Positions 26,556 to 42,234 are shown, numbered from the stretch's first letter. The stretch is 64,000 bases of DNA from Eledone cirrhosa (GCA_964016885.1 OZ024741.1:185194001-185258000), one strand, 5' to 3'. Notes: generated by a model not told the origin, from the sequence alone. Program-made: numbers and translations.

Positions 26556-28956
26556 CTAATTAGGTAATAAGATATTAGCTGTATACTTTATGGAAAGTTC
26601 ATGGGATTTATGCAAGCAGAGCGAAAATAAATCCGTACGTCTATTTATTATAGAATTAAAATTAGAGATAATGGTAAATTTCTCCGCTAGGCAGAGATTA
26701 CATGTTCTGGATAGGGAAGAATTCAGGTAAGGAGAGGCGTTGCAAACCTTCCTCCAAGAAATGTTGTAGTTAATATTTTTGTCCTTAAGGACCATATGAG
26801 TTCTGAGAGTGCAGTGTTAGTTCTTTTAAGTTGGTATTTAAAAGAAGAATTGTGATTATAAAATCTTGCTTTAAAGGAAGTGGAGGTGGAACCAAAATAG
26901 GTAAAAGAATTAGTACCAGTTATAACCTTACATTCATACACTAAATTTTTATCAAGACATTGGTTACTAAGAGGACATTTAGTTCTAACAGGGCAATTGC
27001 AATTATGATTAGAGAAATTACCAGAGTTATTAGCAAGTGACCTAGTAGTATTTATAGAAGGAATTGGATTGGAGAAGTTATTTACGATAGGTGCTAATGT
27101 TTCCTGATTTAGATTGGTGTTATGAACATTCGACAAAGTTACGTTTGACGTAGTTTTTAAATTTACGGAATCTAGCCTATAGTTAACACTGCCGTCGGGT
27201 TGACTATTGCTATTATTATGACGCTCAGTGTTGGAGGGATATAATTTATTACTTAATATTTTATTATTATGTTAGAGATGTTGGAAGTGGTGGAATAAGA
27301 GAATTTAATTGTATGTTTGTTAAAGATCTTACTATAAATATGCGAGGGAGGGAAGCATTTATCAAAGGCCCTAAAAAATAGTTTAGGAATATTAGTAATA
27401 GAGAAAAAGGAGCGTTGTACCAAATCATATTTTTATATCTAGGTCTTTTCTTTGTGTTATTGGAATGCTTATAACTAACTATATTACTATAAGTCCCTCG
27501 ATGATTGGTTTCTTTACTGTATTTAATTTTGTCAGGATAACCGGCTCTGGAAAGCGCATTGTTGTAATAATTGGCTTTAGCGTCAAAGATAACTTTATTA
27601 GAAGATAGATTTGAGATTCTTTTTTCAACATTACTGACTATAGCATTTTTAACGTTAATAGGGTGGTTAGATTTAAAATTAACATCATTTAAATTCTCAT
27701 TGTCTTTTTGGTAAGAGTAATATAGGCCGGTGTCAAGATTAAGGGATATATCCAGGAAGTCAGCTAGTTTGACGTTGTTTTCAAATTCAATTTTTAGGTT
27801 ATGGTGCTTAAATAGATCAAGTATATTATTCTTAATAATATTAAGGTTAACTAAGTTACAGTTTAAGACAGTAAAAAGGGCATCGTCACGATAAATTCCA
27901 CCGCGAAGTTGAGGAATTTTCCGATTTAAAGAATTCAAAATAAAGATACCAATCAAGTCCGTCAATTGCGCTGAATCTGACGAACCCATTGTGTTATCAA
28001 AATTGTTGGAAGTATCAGCTCTAGTTCAATATTCGTTGTTGAATTCCAGGATAGTTTTTCTTGCGGTGAGAATGATGTGAAGTTCATCTGTGGTAATGTC
28101 AGAATATTTAAATGCGAAAGATAGAGCGTTGTTGAGGAGTGAAGTCGAAATAGAAGAATAGTAACTGGCAATGTCAAACTGAATAAATATTTGTTTGTTT
28201 TTATTATTCAGGTCATTGAACCAGTTAATAACATCAGATGTACCAATCCATAAATTTAAGTTAGAAATAGAGTAATTAGAACGAAGCTTTGGGATAATTC
28301 TATCCAAGATGGATTTACTAACAACCCCCAGATCTGATTTAGAGGGGGCGATTAGTCTAACAGGCAATTCCGTTCGAAAGTTACTTTTGTGATCCTTAAA
28401 ATTTATCCTCAGAGTTCTTGGGAAGAATGGTTCGGTCTTTTTCTCGATGCCAAGTTTAGACATAATCTCAGAAGCTTCCAAGTTTATAGATTCCAGATTC
28501 TCATGGTTAGTTTTACGATAATTCTTCCTTAGTTCCTTAAGGATAAGGTTATTATATTTATCTTTAGATACACCATATAAATTATTAGTTTTGTCGGAAT
28601 GGACTAAGACTTTTTTAGAAGGTCCGAAATCGTATTCCTCAGATTTATAAAGTGTTCCTGTCCTCTATAAGGGGGTTTCTCTTGAATTTAAGTCCTCTTA
28701 TAATATTAGTTAATTCTTCCTCAAACTGTGCTAGATTTTTATTGAAAGGAAGATTTCTTCTAGAGTTAAATAAATGATCAATATTGTTACTTTCCTTAGT
28801 ATAAACATTTCCTTTTAAGCGCTGGTCGTGGAAAAAAGCGATCCATCTAAGCCTTCTCACAAAAGAGTCAGTTTTTTCAATCAGAAGTTTAGTGAATTCA
28901 GATTTACCAGGTATAGGAATGTCTTTAAGTGAAGTTGTGATGTTGTAATAATCCAT
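26556..28956 (-). pseudogene. Frameshifted PLE RT + GIY-YIG protein homologous to the 773-aa ORFs
   Basis: SLKDIP, FVRRLRW, FKDHK..RLIAPSKSDLG, FIQFDIASYYSSI, MGSSDSAQLTDLIG, IYRDD, FLDISL, CNCPVRTKCPLSNQCLDKNLVY..YFGST..FKARFYNH, CNLCLAEK. Confidence 0.9.
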
Positions 28957-29603
28957 GTTATAGAAGAAAAATTATAGACCATCGAAGGTATCCGATATAA
29001 GAGTTAGCGCTTAATTCGTCAAGGAGCAAGTTAATGTAGGAGGTGAGTTTTATTGTAGCACAATAAAGCAATGCAAATATCGGATAAGTAGCACTCAACA
29101 GTTTATAGGAGTGGAGTATAAATAATATAAAATCAAAAGATAGTTAAAAGAGTTCCATGTATTTTATTATGCGCATTTCAAAAACAAATATCATCACGGG
29201 ATGATATTTGCGTTCTCATCGGATCAAATAGGGAGACATGATATGAAGCTTAAAAAACACTTGCGAGCATTGAAATAAGATGGATATATGAGATTGGGAA
29301 AAAAAAGGAATGGAAGGAGGGAAGGAAAAGGTAAGGAAGAGGAAGAAAGAATATAATAATAAAAAAAATATATAATAATAAGGAAAAGATGATGGAGGAG
29401 GAATATAAGAAGGAAGGATGAGAGAGGAGGAGAAAATGAGTGAGAGAGAGAGAGAGAGATATATAACCTTTAATACTGAGAAACACTGTCTCACAGAGAG
29501 AAATTTAAAAATATTATTTATACTCCAGTCCTATAAACTGTTGAGTGCTACTTATCCGTAATTTGCATTGCTTTATTGTGCTACAATAAAACTCACCTCC
29601 TAC

Positions 29604-30180
<577 letters not shown>

Positions 30181-30184
<4 letters not shown>

Positions 30185-30592
30185 CCTGGAGGGACTAGCA
30201 CCTAACCTTGGCATTGGGAGCTGGACCAACCGTCGAACAGGACGTCACTGTGTGGTGCCAAAGGTCCCGTCTTCCACATCTAGAATAAGGAGCAGATATT
30301 GCAATAACCTGGGATTCAAGGGCCCTCAACTCTTCAACAAGCTGCCGAGGGATCTGAGAGATCTGCATGGTGTGGAGGTGGATGTCTTCAAGAAACATCT
30401 CGACACCTTGCTATCCAGGATCCCGGATGAGCCCACAGCAAGGCACGAGGGAAAACCTAAGGTCACCAGCAACAAACTCCCACTTACACCAGTGACCAAC
30501 CAATACAGGCTGGAGATAAAATGCGTAGCAGAAAAGGCAGTGCCCCAGCATGGCCTCAGCCGGATGGCTGGAACAGGTAAAAGAGTAAAAGA

Positions 30593-30595
<3 letters not shown>
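30181..30595 (+). mobile_element. 5'-truncated CR1/Jockey-like LINE 3' end in (TA)n
   Basis: ILEGLAPN..RTGRHC..FKGPQLFNKLPRDLR..VDVFKKHLDTLLSRIPDEP is a typical post-RT C-terminus. Confidence 0.7.
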
Positions 30596-30651
<56 letters not shown>

Positions 30652-30732
30652 CCACATATATGAAATGAAGAATATGTATGAGCCGCCAGTGCTGAGCACT
30701 GAGGATATGTATGTATATACATATATATATAT

Positions 30733-31348
30733 ATATTGTTATACTTTGGGAGGGTCATGTTGCCAATAAGAAACACACGCACCAGTTGCTTTCACTTCAA
30801 TTTATTATATATTTATAAATTTATAAATTTACAAATTTACAAACCTATAAATTTCTGGTTGGTTGGTTGGTTCCACAACCAGATAGTTGTTTATATATAG
30901 TCATAGTCCTTTCGTCACACACTCTGTGACCTCTTCAGTGACTGGGGATTCCTTTCTTTGTTTCTGTGCCTTTTCTTTCTTCTATCCTACGCCATTTTGT
31001 TTCTGTGTGTGACACACACAGAAACAAAATGGCGTAGGATAGAAGAAAGGAAAGGCACAGAAACAAAGAAAGGAATCCCCAGTCACTGAAGAGGTCACAG
31101 AGTGTGTGACGAAAGGACTATGACTATATATAAACAACTATCTGGTTGTGGAACCAACCAACCAAACAGAAATTTATAGGTTTGTAAATTTGTAAATTTA
31201 TAAATTTATAAATATATAATAAATTGAAGTGAAATCAACTGGTGCGTGTGTTTCTTATTGGCAACATGACCCTCCCAAAGTATAACAATATCGGTTTCAA
31301 CACACGATTTCAGATAAAGAATCTTGCTAAACAAATTCAGAAACGAAA
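30733..31348 (+). mobile_element. Fold-back hammerhead mini-element (palindrome 30733-31291 plus tail to 31348)
   Basis: Near-perfect symmetry centred at 31012; (TA)n on both sides; relatives at 8262, 13527 and 20025-20345. Confidence 0.9.
31081..31125 (+). ncRNA. Minimal type I hammerhead ribozyme (mirror copy at 30899-30943, -)
   Basis: agtca-CUGAAGA-g-gtcaca gagtg tgtgac-GAAAG-GA-CUA-tgact. Confidence 0.8.
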
Positions 31349-31619
31349 TATATATATATATATATATATTATAGTAAGGGTTTAACCGAACATGGATGTG
31401 AACAGGTTGTGACGCAATAGAAAAAGTGGTTATTTGTGTCCAGAATGCCGGATAATGCAAATGGGTTAGGTTACCTAGACGTAAATTAAAATAAAAAGAA
31501 AGAGTGACGGAAAGCTAACTTAGCAATTCATTAGTCTCGCAATGTTTTTGATTAATTCTACACCGTTTCGGCCTCATCCCGACCGAAATCCACCAGCTCA
31601 TATCCATTGTTTTCACCAA

Positions 31620-32615
31620 CACCTTTTTTTTAATTATCCATGACCACATCTACCAGACTTCAGGACTACCCATGTGATCCAACCTCTCGGACTAACTGGT
31701 CATCTCTGCCGTGAACCGACTCGAACGCCCAGTGCTCATGCATAATCTTCATTTCATATATGTGGCCGATATCTTCATCCTCGCATGCTCCCAGGAGAAT
31801 GCAACAGTATATATCGAGTCGTTCAACAACCCAGATGAAAACATCAGGTTTATTTTAGAACAACCCTCCAAGTCCGGATTCCTCATATTTCTCGACTTCC
31901 TAATGGAAATCACTGAAATTGGCAAATTCCTAACCGATTTCTACCCCAAAGCAGTTTTCAGGGATGGGTAATTTTCGTGCCACACAAATCTGCCTTACCC
32001 AGCAGCTCTAAAAGAGGGTACATAAAACGTGAATTTGCGCGTATATGCAACAGATACAGCGACGCTTCAATGAGAGGCACCGCCATCAGGCAGTTCCGCA
32101 GGGTATTAAAAAGCAACGGCTGCCCAGCTTCTTACTCCATCAAAAGTTGGAATCCCCAAATCAGAAGACAGAGCAGCCTCGCCAACAGTCGCTTCATCGG
32201 GATTCCCCGACACAGCGACAAAAAACAACAACAAAAAACAACGCCATACACAGGGCCATTCGGAGTGAAGGCCTTAATATTTGACTGGTCCACTCGGGAA
32301 TGGAGATGCCTATCTAAAGGTCAAATCATGAGTGAGGTCAACTCATGCACCCTAAGTAATTGCCCATCAGTAGCACTAATTATGTGTATAGGTTTGATTA
32401 TGGTAAACGCAGCTAATTCTACATAAGCAACACTATTCGAACCCTGCAACTCAGATTAAAAGAGCACACCAACACTAACTCCTCGTCATTCCAGAAACGT
32501 ATCCTCAAATGCAAGGACAAGAATAAAAAATTAACCACCACTATGTTAGCAATATAGGAAACCTGAGAATGAAAGAGGCCCATCTGATTAAAGAATTAGT
32601 TCCCTATTAATAATA
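31620..32615 (+). pseudogene. Decayed Penelope/Poseidon-like RT-GIY-YIG fragment
   Basis: YVADIFI (for YVDDIF), FNN.DENIRFILEQ..GFLIFLDF, SALPSSSKRGYI, LKSNGCP, RTLQLRLKEH. Confidence 0.7.
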
Positions 32616-33359
32616 GAATAGAAAGAAAGGAAAACACATTTACATATTTACACACGTATTTACACGTATATACACTCCTACTAACATATTTACGTCCACA
32701 CACCTACTAGTACATTCACGTCCACACTCATATCTTATACATGCTTACATAGACATCGATAAATTTATACATTGGCAACTTAATACATACCACATATCAT
32801 GTATGCACATTTAAATATACATTTAATTACAAAAACTGGTCATATAGATATATGTATACGCATTTATACCTTTACACATATTTAAAGGTAAATGCATTTA
32901 CATTCACGCGTGCACACTCACACATACGTCATATACATGCTTAAACACCCTCTTGCAAACACGTACACATCAATACATATACGCATTACGAACACATGCG
33001 GCTAACGCACATGCACACATTAAGACTAGCACAAGGATATTCAAAATAAATAAAAATATACAGCTACCAGAAAGAAAATCTCTGATTTCTGCGAAAAAAA
33101 AAAACCTACTGAGAGCCCCTTGGTAATAGATAAATAATCCAAAAATAATTGGGACTAATAAATTTGTAAGGTAATGTTCAGTCATTCTTTCTATTATTTT
33201 ATTTTCCTTCTCCCGCTTTTGCTTCCTACCTCAACTTTTTCAATCCCATCCGAATTGTTACCTTGGTAATATAATCTACGTGCATTGTACGGCTTTCTAA
33301 ATAGACACATAATCACTTTGCAATTTCATATACCATATGTAATTAAATATATATATATA

Positions 33360-33447
<88 letters not shown>

Positions 33448-33890
33448 CAGCTACATACTCACGATATACATAAGTAGATAGGATCGTTTCTTAAATATCC
33501 AGACTTTCTCGTGGTTGACTATCCATATTATAACACTTTTAGCCCCTAATAATCCTAAATTATTTGAAGACCTATAGTATAGTCAAACATATTCCTTTTT
33601 ATTCTCCCTCCATCTCAGAATGTCCTATGTTATTGTCACTATTCTTTGTTATATACTGATGTGAAAAACGTTTTTAACAATTTGTTTTTTCCTGAAGTAT
33701 TAACTACATCGCTAGATACTTAATCATAGATATATAAAATATATAAGTATATAGGAAATGATTATATATACACATATATACATATATACATACACACATA
33801 GACACACACACAAACTATATGTGTATAAGGTACACACACACATATATATATACACACACACTCGCACACGCATATATATATATTCTATGC

Positions 33891-33949
<59 letters not shown>

Positions 33950-34474
33950 CATAAATGTGTGGAGAAAAATTCTATATAAGTTAGTATATATTACACTTAT
34001 ATCATACAAAAACATGGCTTCTTTACTATCCAAAATTTTTGTTGTTGGTATCTAACTTCTATAGGAGTTTATTGGAAACTTTATCATGAAGCCATTCACA
34101 CTCTCTTTATTCTCTCGAACAAATTCTTATTAAATGTTTCTCCCATTGATCATTTTTATAACTTATTACATATATATTAATCTATATATATGTAAGATAT
34201 ATATATACTATATATACTGTATATATATATATATATATATGAAAGTATAGAAATTATTGTGAGCATGAAGCCAACCCTATTTCATAATATATATATATGG
34301 GGTGGGGGTGCATATATATATATATATAATCTAAAGACTGAGAATGTATTGAATATATTCAAAAGTACAGTTTTATATATTTTAGATAAAAATAACAGAA
34401 CGGGGACAAGGTTTCAGTTCTCACCACGGACAAACATATATATATATACCTCTTTATATATACATACATGTTTG

Positions 34475-34507
<33 letters not shown>

Positions 34508-34599
34508 TCACACACACACATACACACACGCACATACACACATACACATATATATATATGTGTGTATGTAAAAGGTAAACAGAAATAACAACACAATCG

Positions 34600-34925
34600 G
34601 TACAGTATATGGAATGTATATATTAGGTTAACGCTTGATATAGCAGGAATAGGGTCTTAAAGTTTCGGACGCAGGTCCTTCATCAGAAGAAAGAATGAGA
34701 AATAAAATAGATTAAGGGGACGGGCGGGATGGTATTGGAAAACATGTCTTTAGATAAAAATAATAGGTCCATTCGTGTTGATATCTCTTGCAAAACTGTT
34801 GGTGCTGGCGTTTTGCGTATGATTTGTTTTTTTAGAAAAGTGGATGATGGCGCGCGTCTACCTGAAATTGAAAAAAAAAAACGTTTTGTGAAAAGAGCTA
34901 TACTGGAGCACATGCGTAAGCATGA

Positions 34926-35023
<98 letters not shown>

Positions 35024-35395
35024 TATTATAGGGCCGTACGAAGCTAAGAAGAGATATGTGTGTATATGTGAGTAAAAGAGTGTGTGTGCATGTAAGTACG
35101 AAGCTATGAGCAAAGAGAAAGCGATAGGAATATAGGGGTGTGATAATGGACGGGGTATTAGAGAAATTGAGGAGGTGAGTTGAGTCCAAGAGGGGAATAG
35201 GACCAAAGACGGTGAATCAGACTATGTTCAGTCCTGGTGCGAGAGGCCTGTGATCCATGATGTAAAAGGACACCCAGGACTGAAACATGTAGGGAAGAAT
35301 GACCAGGAGAACAGAAATTACGGGCGTCAGGAGTATCCAAACCGAGTCGTATGTCCCTCAAATATTCGGCAAACCGGTCCGAGTAGGGTTGTATT
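34600..35395 (-). mobile_element. 5'-truncated PLE of a different clade (Neptune/Poseidon-like GIY-YIG C-terminus) plus 3' UTR
   Basis: DRFAEYLRDIRLGLDTPDARNF..GHS..VSVLG..RTRTEHSLIHRL.SYSPLGLN; minimal hammerhead-like motif at 34655-34690 (tctt CUGAUGA a ggac ctgc gtcc GAAAC UUU aaga). Confidence 0.7.
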
Positions 35396-35559
35396 TCGTT
35401 AATTAGTCTTTCGTCAATTATTAATTTTTTTCTTTTAGGGCATCAATAATTGACTACAGCACGTTTCGCACAAGGAAATCATTTAAAGAAAAATTAAATT
35501 TTTAAGAGAAAACTCATTAAATAATAAGATCATTTTAAAGGTGTTTAAGATATAGTCAA

Positions 35560-37200
35560 GTGTAATGAATATCATAGATTAAAAACACTTCGGAAAGTGG
35601 AATTTTGGCGATGTGTGCAAGAAGAAAATAATTCTGTTTTTAAATTAATAGAGTTTTGACAGTTAATTATATAAAAAAATGTCCTCGATACACAAATGAC
35701 AGATACTTGAGAAAGCCATATTTCAGTATGCAGGTGCTTTCGAAATCGTTCCCCAAGATATTGAATAGTCTATATTGTTGTCCTAAATTTCAAATTAGAT
35801 GTGAAAGTGAACTGGAAGATTTTTTATCTGACCTATTAAATGTATGTTTGTGGTTGTCCCAGCGTTCTTTGAATTTTATAGAAGTGGCACCTATATACTT
35901 AAATATTTTATCTCTAGTTTTAACTGTCCTTTTAGAAATTACGTTTTTGTCTAAGCAATTATTTTGTAAAGGGCAGTTTGATTTAATTCTACAGTTACAT
36001 TTTCTAGAGTTGTTACTAGGAACGGTACTATAATTATGAATATTGTTATTAGAAATATTATTATTGCTATCTTGGTTTGTTTGGTTAGGGTTTAAATTTA
36101 AGTTTCTATTATTAATTCTATTTATATTTTGTGCTATGTCCATAGTAGTAGAGTAGGATAGTTTTATAGTGTGTCTGTTAAAAATAGAGTGGTATCTATG
36201 TGTTTTAGGAAAACACTTATCTAGTGCTTTAAAGAATAGCTGGGGGAGAGTACCAAATGATATTTCTAGTTCTAGTTTTTTTGTTTGGTTTACTATTTAA
36301 GTTGAATTGCTTATTGTTGTCATAATGAATTCTAGGATGATTTATCATGTTATTGTTATCTAAGTATTTAATTTTATTCGAGTATCCTGCTCTATGTAAA
36401 GCCTCATAATAATATTCTGCCTTACCATCAAAAATATTTTTGTGAAACCCGTTGCTGGACGCTATTGACAATAGTATTTTTTATATTTCTAGGATGATTA
36501 GAATTGAAATTTACGTAATTTAGATTTTCGTTAATTTTATGGAATGGATAATAAAACCTGAACTAAGCTTTAAGGTTACATCTAAGAAGTTAACGATATT
36601 ATAATTATTCTCGATTTCTAAATTAAGGTTGTAATTGTTGAAAAACTGTATTATGGATTTCTTTTTCCTATTAATTTCACTATTGCTATGGTTTTCAATT
36701 AAAAGTAACATATCGTCGCGATATAAACATCCGGTCATCTCTGGCATTTTTCTATGCAGTACATTATTAATAAATAATCCAACGAGGTCTGTTACTTGTG
36801 CCGAGTCAAATGATCCCATAGTACCATAGTGATATCAACATTATTTTGTCTGTCGGCTCTAGTCCAGAGATGGTTATTAAATTCTATTAGGATCTTACGT
36901 GCTGTTAGAATGATATTGATTTCTTCACTAGATAGGTCTCTATATTTAGACGCGTAGACAAGTGCCTTATTAAGTAAGCTAGGGGTAATAGAGGAGTAGT
37001 AATTTGCAATATCCATTTGAATTAATTTTTTCTTATGTTTTAATTCTATGTTCTTAAACCAATCTATTACTTCATTAGTACCGTTCCATAGTTTAAGGTG
37101 TGATTTTTCTTTAAGTAGTGGTATAATTCTATCTAGTATATGCTTGCTAATTATGCATAAGTCAGATTTAGATGGTGCGATGAGTCTGACTGGACGTTGA
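35560..37200 (-). pseudogene. Decayed, 5'-truncated Hydra-like PLE RT + GIY-YIG
   Basis: RLIAPSKSDL, MDIANYYSSITP, MGSFDSAQVTDLVG, LYRDD, VNFLDVTL, CNCRIKSNCPLQNNCLDKNV..YIGAT..FKERWDNH; frameshifted. Confidence 0.85.
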
Positions 37201-37214
37201 ACTACCAGTCAGAC

Positions 37215-38340
37215 TACCAGTCGATAAAATAAAGTACAAGTCATGAACTGGGTTGATTTAATCGAGTTTCCACTCCCCCCAAATTAGTGGCCTTGTGCCC
37301 AAATGAGAAAGCATTATTAGGGGAGTGTATTGGCAGTATCGGCAGAGGGTCGGACGCCATGCTTTGCAGCCTAGAGTTACGCCCCTTTATGATCTGAGTT
37401 CAAATCCCATCGAGGTTAGCTTTTCATTTCATTGTTACGGAGTCGATAAAATAAAGTACCACTGGAGGGGATTGCATCAACTTCCCCCCCCCCCCCCCTT
37501 AAAGTACTGGCCTTGTGCCTATACTAGATATCATTATTAGGTGGATTGACAGTATCGGTAGAGAGTCGAACGCCATACATTCCAGCATAGTTACGTCCCT
37601 TTACGGTCTGAGCTCAAATCCCGCCGAGGCTTACTTTGACTTTCATCCTTACGAGGTCGATAAAATAAAGTACCAGTAATGTACTGGGTAATTGCTGGCC
37701 TTGTGCCTAAAGTAGAAACAATTATTATTAGGGTCGGACGCCATGCTTTCCAGCATAGTTACGTCCCTTTACGATCTGAGTTCAAATCCCGCCGAGGTTG
37801 ACTTTGCCTTTCATCCTTACGGGGTCGATAAAATAAAGTACCAGTAATGCACTGGGGTAATTGCTGGCCTTGTGCCTAAAGTAGAAACAATTATTATTAG
37901 GTCGGTGGATTGGCAGTATCGGTAGAGCATTGGACAACAAGCTTGGCAGCATAGAGTAAGGAGCCTTTACGATCTGAGTTCAAATCCCATCGAGGTTAGC
38001 TTTGCCTTTCATCATTACGGCGTCGATAAAATAAAGTACCAGTAATGCACTGGGCTTGATTTTATCGACTTTCCTCTCTCTCCAAATTGCTGTCCTTGTG
38101 TCTATAGTAGAACACGTTATTATTATTGTAGTGGATTGGCGGGGGATTGGCAGTATCGGTAGAGGGTCGGACGCCATCCTTTGACGCAAACAGTTACCGC
38201 CCCTTCCATTCTGAGTTCAAATCTCGCCGAGGTGAACTTTGCCTTTCATCTTTACGGGGTCGATAAAATAAAGTACCAGTAATACACTGGGTGATTGCTG
38301 GCCTTGTGCCTGAAGTAGAAACAATTATTATTGTAGTGGA
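37215..38340 (+). mobile_element. Head-to-tail array of about six SINE family A copies
   Basis: Repeated gagttcaaatccc..gtcgataaaataaagtacca..ggccttgtgcc..attatta units of ~170-220 bp. Confidence 0.9.
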
Positions 38341-39189
38341 TTTTATAATTGCTCCACTATTCTGACTCTTGCTAATATACGTGTATCCTTTTTAACATTT
38401 TAATTTTCCTAACTAGAGAAGCAACTAGTTAGTACCAATTGATCCACCCCACCCCCAGTGTTTTCTACATATCCAGGGGGATCCCAGATGTGTAGCCCAT
38501 GCTCAAACAATAGCTAATAACACAGTGACCGGCGGACAACCTTTCATTTTCCGGGCCGAGGAATCTGCAAAAGGGACATCTACAATATATCACGTAGATT
38601 TAACTCTGATGTAAACATCATAAAGTGCATGACATTTCATTAGGATCCTTATTGGGAAGAATTCGGGAACGTAGCTCTGCAGATAATATGTGGCCCTTTT
38701 GGGTTAGGACTATAACTGTGGGAAAGCAAGTTGGTATGAACCGGTCTGTATTTTTATGTACGCTCCTATTTAATCCGTAAAATTAAACATCTCTTGGTCA
38801 GCTACTCCACCAGTTTATTGCATAGAGAGTGAAACACAATGATATAGTTAAACAGCTATTATAGTCTCACACTTTCCTGGTTAATCATTCGTTTTTTACT
38901 TCTCCAACAATACTACACTAAAATATTTTAGGTAATTTTGAATAAATTCCTAGTTTCGTGTCATATATTAACACTGATATGTACTAACATAGAAGTGATA
39001 AATGTGTCTGAACACGGAAGGGCCGAACTCCCACTGCCATCTCCTCCATCTTTCTCGCCCTCCCCATCTCTCTGTATTATGTGAAAATAGGGTCCCACGT
39101 GCTGATCGCCCCACGGGCCCGGCGGACAGAATGAAGAAGGCATTTCCCCGAGGGATGGTAACGGATATGCGCTGCGATGGCACCAGTTA

Positions 39190-39786
39190 GTGGTGGCATT
39201 GCTACCTCTGGCCGTCGATGGTTACGTTTTAGTCAGGTATACCAGCTTGTAGTAGTCGTCAACTCTCGTGTCACCCCCTTGTAAACCAGTCATTATACAC
39301 TCCCATCCCACACATCCACCCCATCTTCTCGGGGCCACGTCGAAGTGAAGGGAGGAAAATAATGGGTGAATATTAGTTTCCTAACTTCGTATCCTATATT
39401 CGCCCATTATTTTCCTAGCAGAATCGATAGAGAATCGGACGCCATGCTTTGCAGCATAGAGTTACGGCCTTGTATGATCTGACGTCAAATCCCACCGAGG
39501 TTAACTTTGCCTTTCATCCTTACGGGGTTGATAAAATAAAGTACCAGTCACGCACTGGGGTCGATTTAATCGACATTCCGCTCTCCCAAAATTGCTGCCC
39601 TTGTGCCTATATAAGAAACCATTATTTTCCTCCCTTCACTTTGACGTGACCCCGAGTAGATGGGGTGGATGAGTGGGAAAGAGGTGCATAATGACTTGGA
39701 TACAAGGAATGGCACGAGATTTGACGACTACTGGTATACATGACTAAAGTGTAACCATCAATGACCAGTGGCGGGAATGCCACCAA
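39190..39786. repeat. Old ~170 bp inverted repeat (39190-39365 / 39619-39786) enclosing a SINE A copy (39420-39625)
   Basis: aagtgaagggaggaaaataatgg / ccattattttcctcccttcactt, with continued diverged symmetry. Confidence 0.75.
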
Positions 39787-40600
39787 TAGCTGTATTTTCT
39801 GTATATATATACGCACACTATTCAGATTTTTAATATACTTAGAAGTGACCAGTACACTAATAATTCTTCACCCGCTGATGAGCAAGAATTGGTATTCCTC
39901 GTCACAATTAATATTGCGAAACAGTATTATCAAAGCTGTCCGGGTGATGTGGTAGTTACCACAATTCTGGTTTGTATTTATTTTTCTTGATTTATTCTTA
40001 AATTGAGTCTGGCAAACCCTATTGTCTATAGTTAGTATTCTTTTCACCTTAGCGAATCTGGTCCCTTGCGATTTGAACACATATATATGTATATGTCTGT
40101 GTTCGTTTTTCTTTTTTGTTCAGTTATATTATACGGCTCGGAAAAATCTCTTTCCTAGAGCTAATTTATTGTAAGAGTATTTTGAGTTTCTAACTCAAAA
40201 TATACCTTTGATATGTATATATCACCGAATTCACGGACTGGACTCCTTCTCCCTCCCCTTTGACTTGTGCGGAATTCCTTCCTTGCTCACATTTCGACTA
40301 AGTTTGATGGTCTTTATTCTCTCTCGTTCACGATTTCACCGAACTTATATTCATGGAAATCTGGGACTTGACTCTTTCTTCCTCACCTTTCGTTGCTTTA
40401 CCATCTTTGTTTGTTTACACTCTCGCTCGTTCCCCTTATTTACGTGTCCCAACGACTTTCTTTAGCCGTTTCTCGCACCAACCGGAGGTATATGGTCTTT
40501 AAAGCGATGAAATACCAATGATGGTTGGAAGATCACTGATGAAGGACTAACTTTATTCATATGTAACCGATTTGCAACCACGCAGCACGTTTGTTCTCAT

Positions 40601-40752
<152 letters not shown>

Positions 40753-41020
40753 GAGTCGAAACCCGACAGCTGGGCTTTGGTCGTTTCAGCAGCTAGTTCC
40801 TGCTGTTGAAAGGGCAAGATCTCAGCCTACAGGGTCCCGACTATTTCATATAATCATACTCTACTACACCAAGCTTTGAGTATTCTGGTAAGTAATGTGC
40901 TAAACAGCTTTTGCTATATACCAACACAAAAACAAAGTTAAGGACCGGATCGTCATGCTCATTCATTTTTCACGATTTTTACATCCAAGCACACATACAC
41001 AGACACACACAGACAGACAG

Positions 41021-41051
<31 letters not shown>

Positions 41052-41073
41052 CACACACGCACACACACGCGCG

Positions 41074-41151
<78 letters not shown>

Positions 41152-41371
41152 CGAACATATATATGGTTCCCTAAACTTTATCTTCCTTCAACCAATGGAT
41201 ACCTATCTATGCAGAGCCTAGTTTGGTGTCCTTATTTTTTTTCTATTTGCGTAGTACATATAATATATTTATGTATTCAATTACGACTTTACTATTGCCT
41301 CAGTTGGCTTCCTTATTAAATCACTCATGTCTCAAAGAAATATTGTACATAAACACAGACAGATATGTATG

Positions 41372-41413
<42 letters not shown>

Positions 41414-41473
41414 TATACATACACACACACAGACATATATATATATACACACACACTCACACACACACACATG

Positions 41474-41509
<36 letters not shown>

Positions 41510-42234
41510 CAGTGAGAGAGACGGAGATTGAAGAGTGAAATGGTGTGAGATGGTGAGTAATAGATAGAGGTATAGAAAGACATACATATAGCAGAAGCTT
41601 GAAATCTGTACAAGAAGCTTTGAGTAATTTTTGTCCCCATTATTCACTCGAATGCATATGTATATATATTACATTATATTACATTATATCATATTACATT
41701 ATATTATATTATATTATATTATATTATATTATATTATATTATATATATTATATATAGTATATTATATGTATGCTCACATCAACTATAAGTACAAAATCAC
41801 TCTACCCGCTCCCCGAGCAGAAAAAACAACAACAAATAAACAGAGGAAAGAGTTATTGTTACAAAATACAAACATAGACCAGCAGGATATTTCTTATTCC
41901 ATTGCACTCGCGCACAGTTGTTGCTTTCTAGTTCTACTCAATTTACGAAATCAAACTACATTCTTCTATTACATACAGGTTGTAAGATTTTATTAGTAGC
42001 AACAGCTTCTTAATTCTATCAAAGCAAACACATTCAAACATTTATACTAACACATAAAAAAAAACACTCTCACATACAACATACACACACATATTGACTT
42101 TTGAAAATTTGCCAAAACTGGCTTGAATGTAATTTCATGTAGATTCTGATTGCTTCACAAATTTATAAGCTGTTTTGCAAATAAAAGAATATAAGATATA
42201 TACGTATAATCAGGGATATACGTACGTGCGTACG

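Noticed and set aside
37215-38340. Regularly spaced repeats that could suggest a CRISPR array
   Set aside because: The units are ~200 bp SINEs with Pol III boxes; eukaryotic context, no unique spacers and no cas genes.
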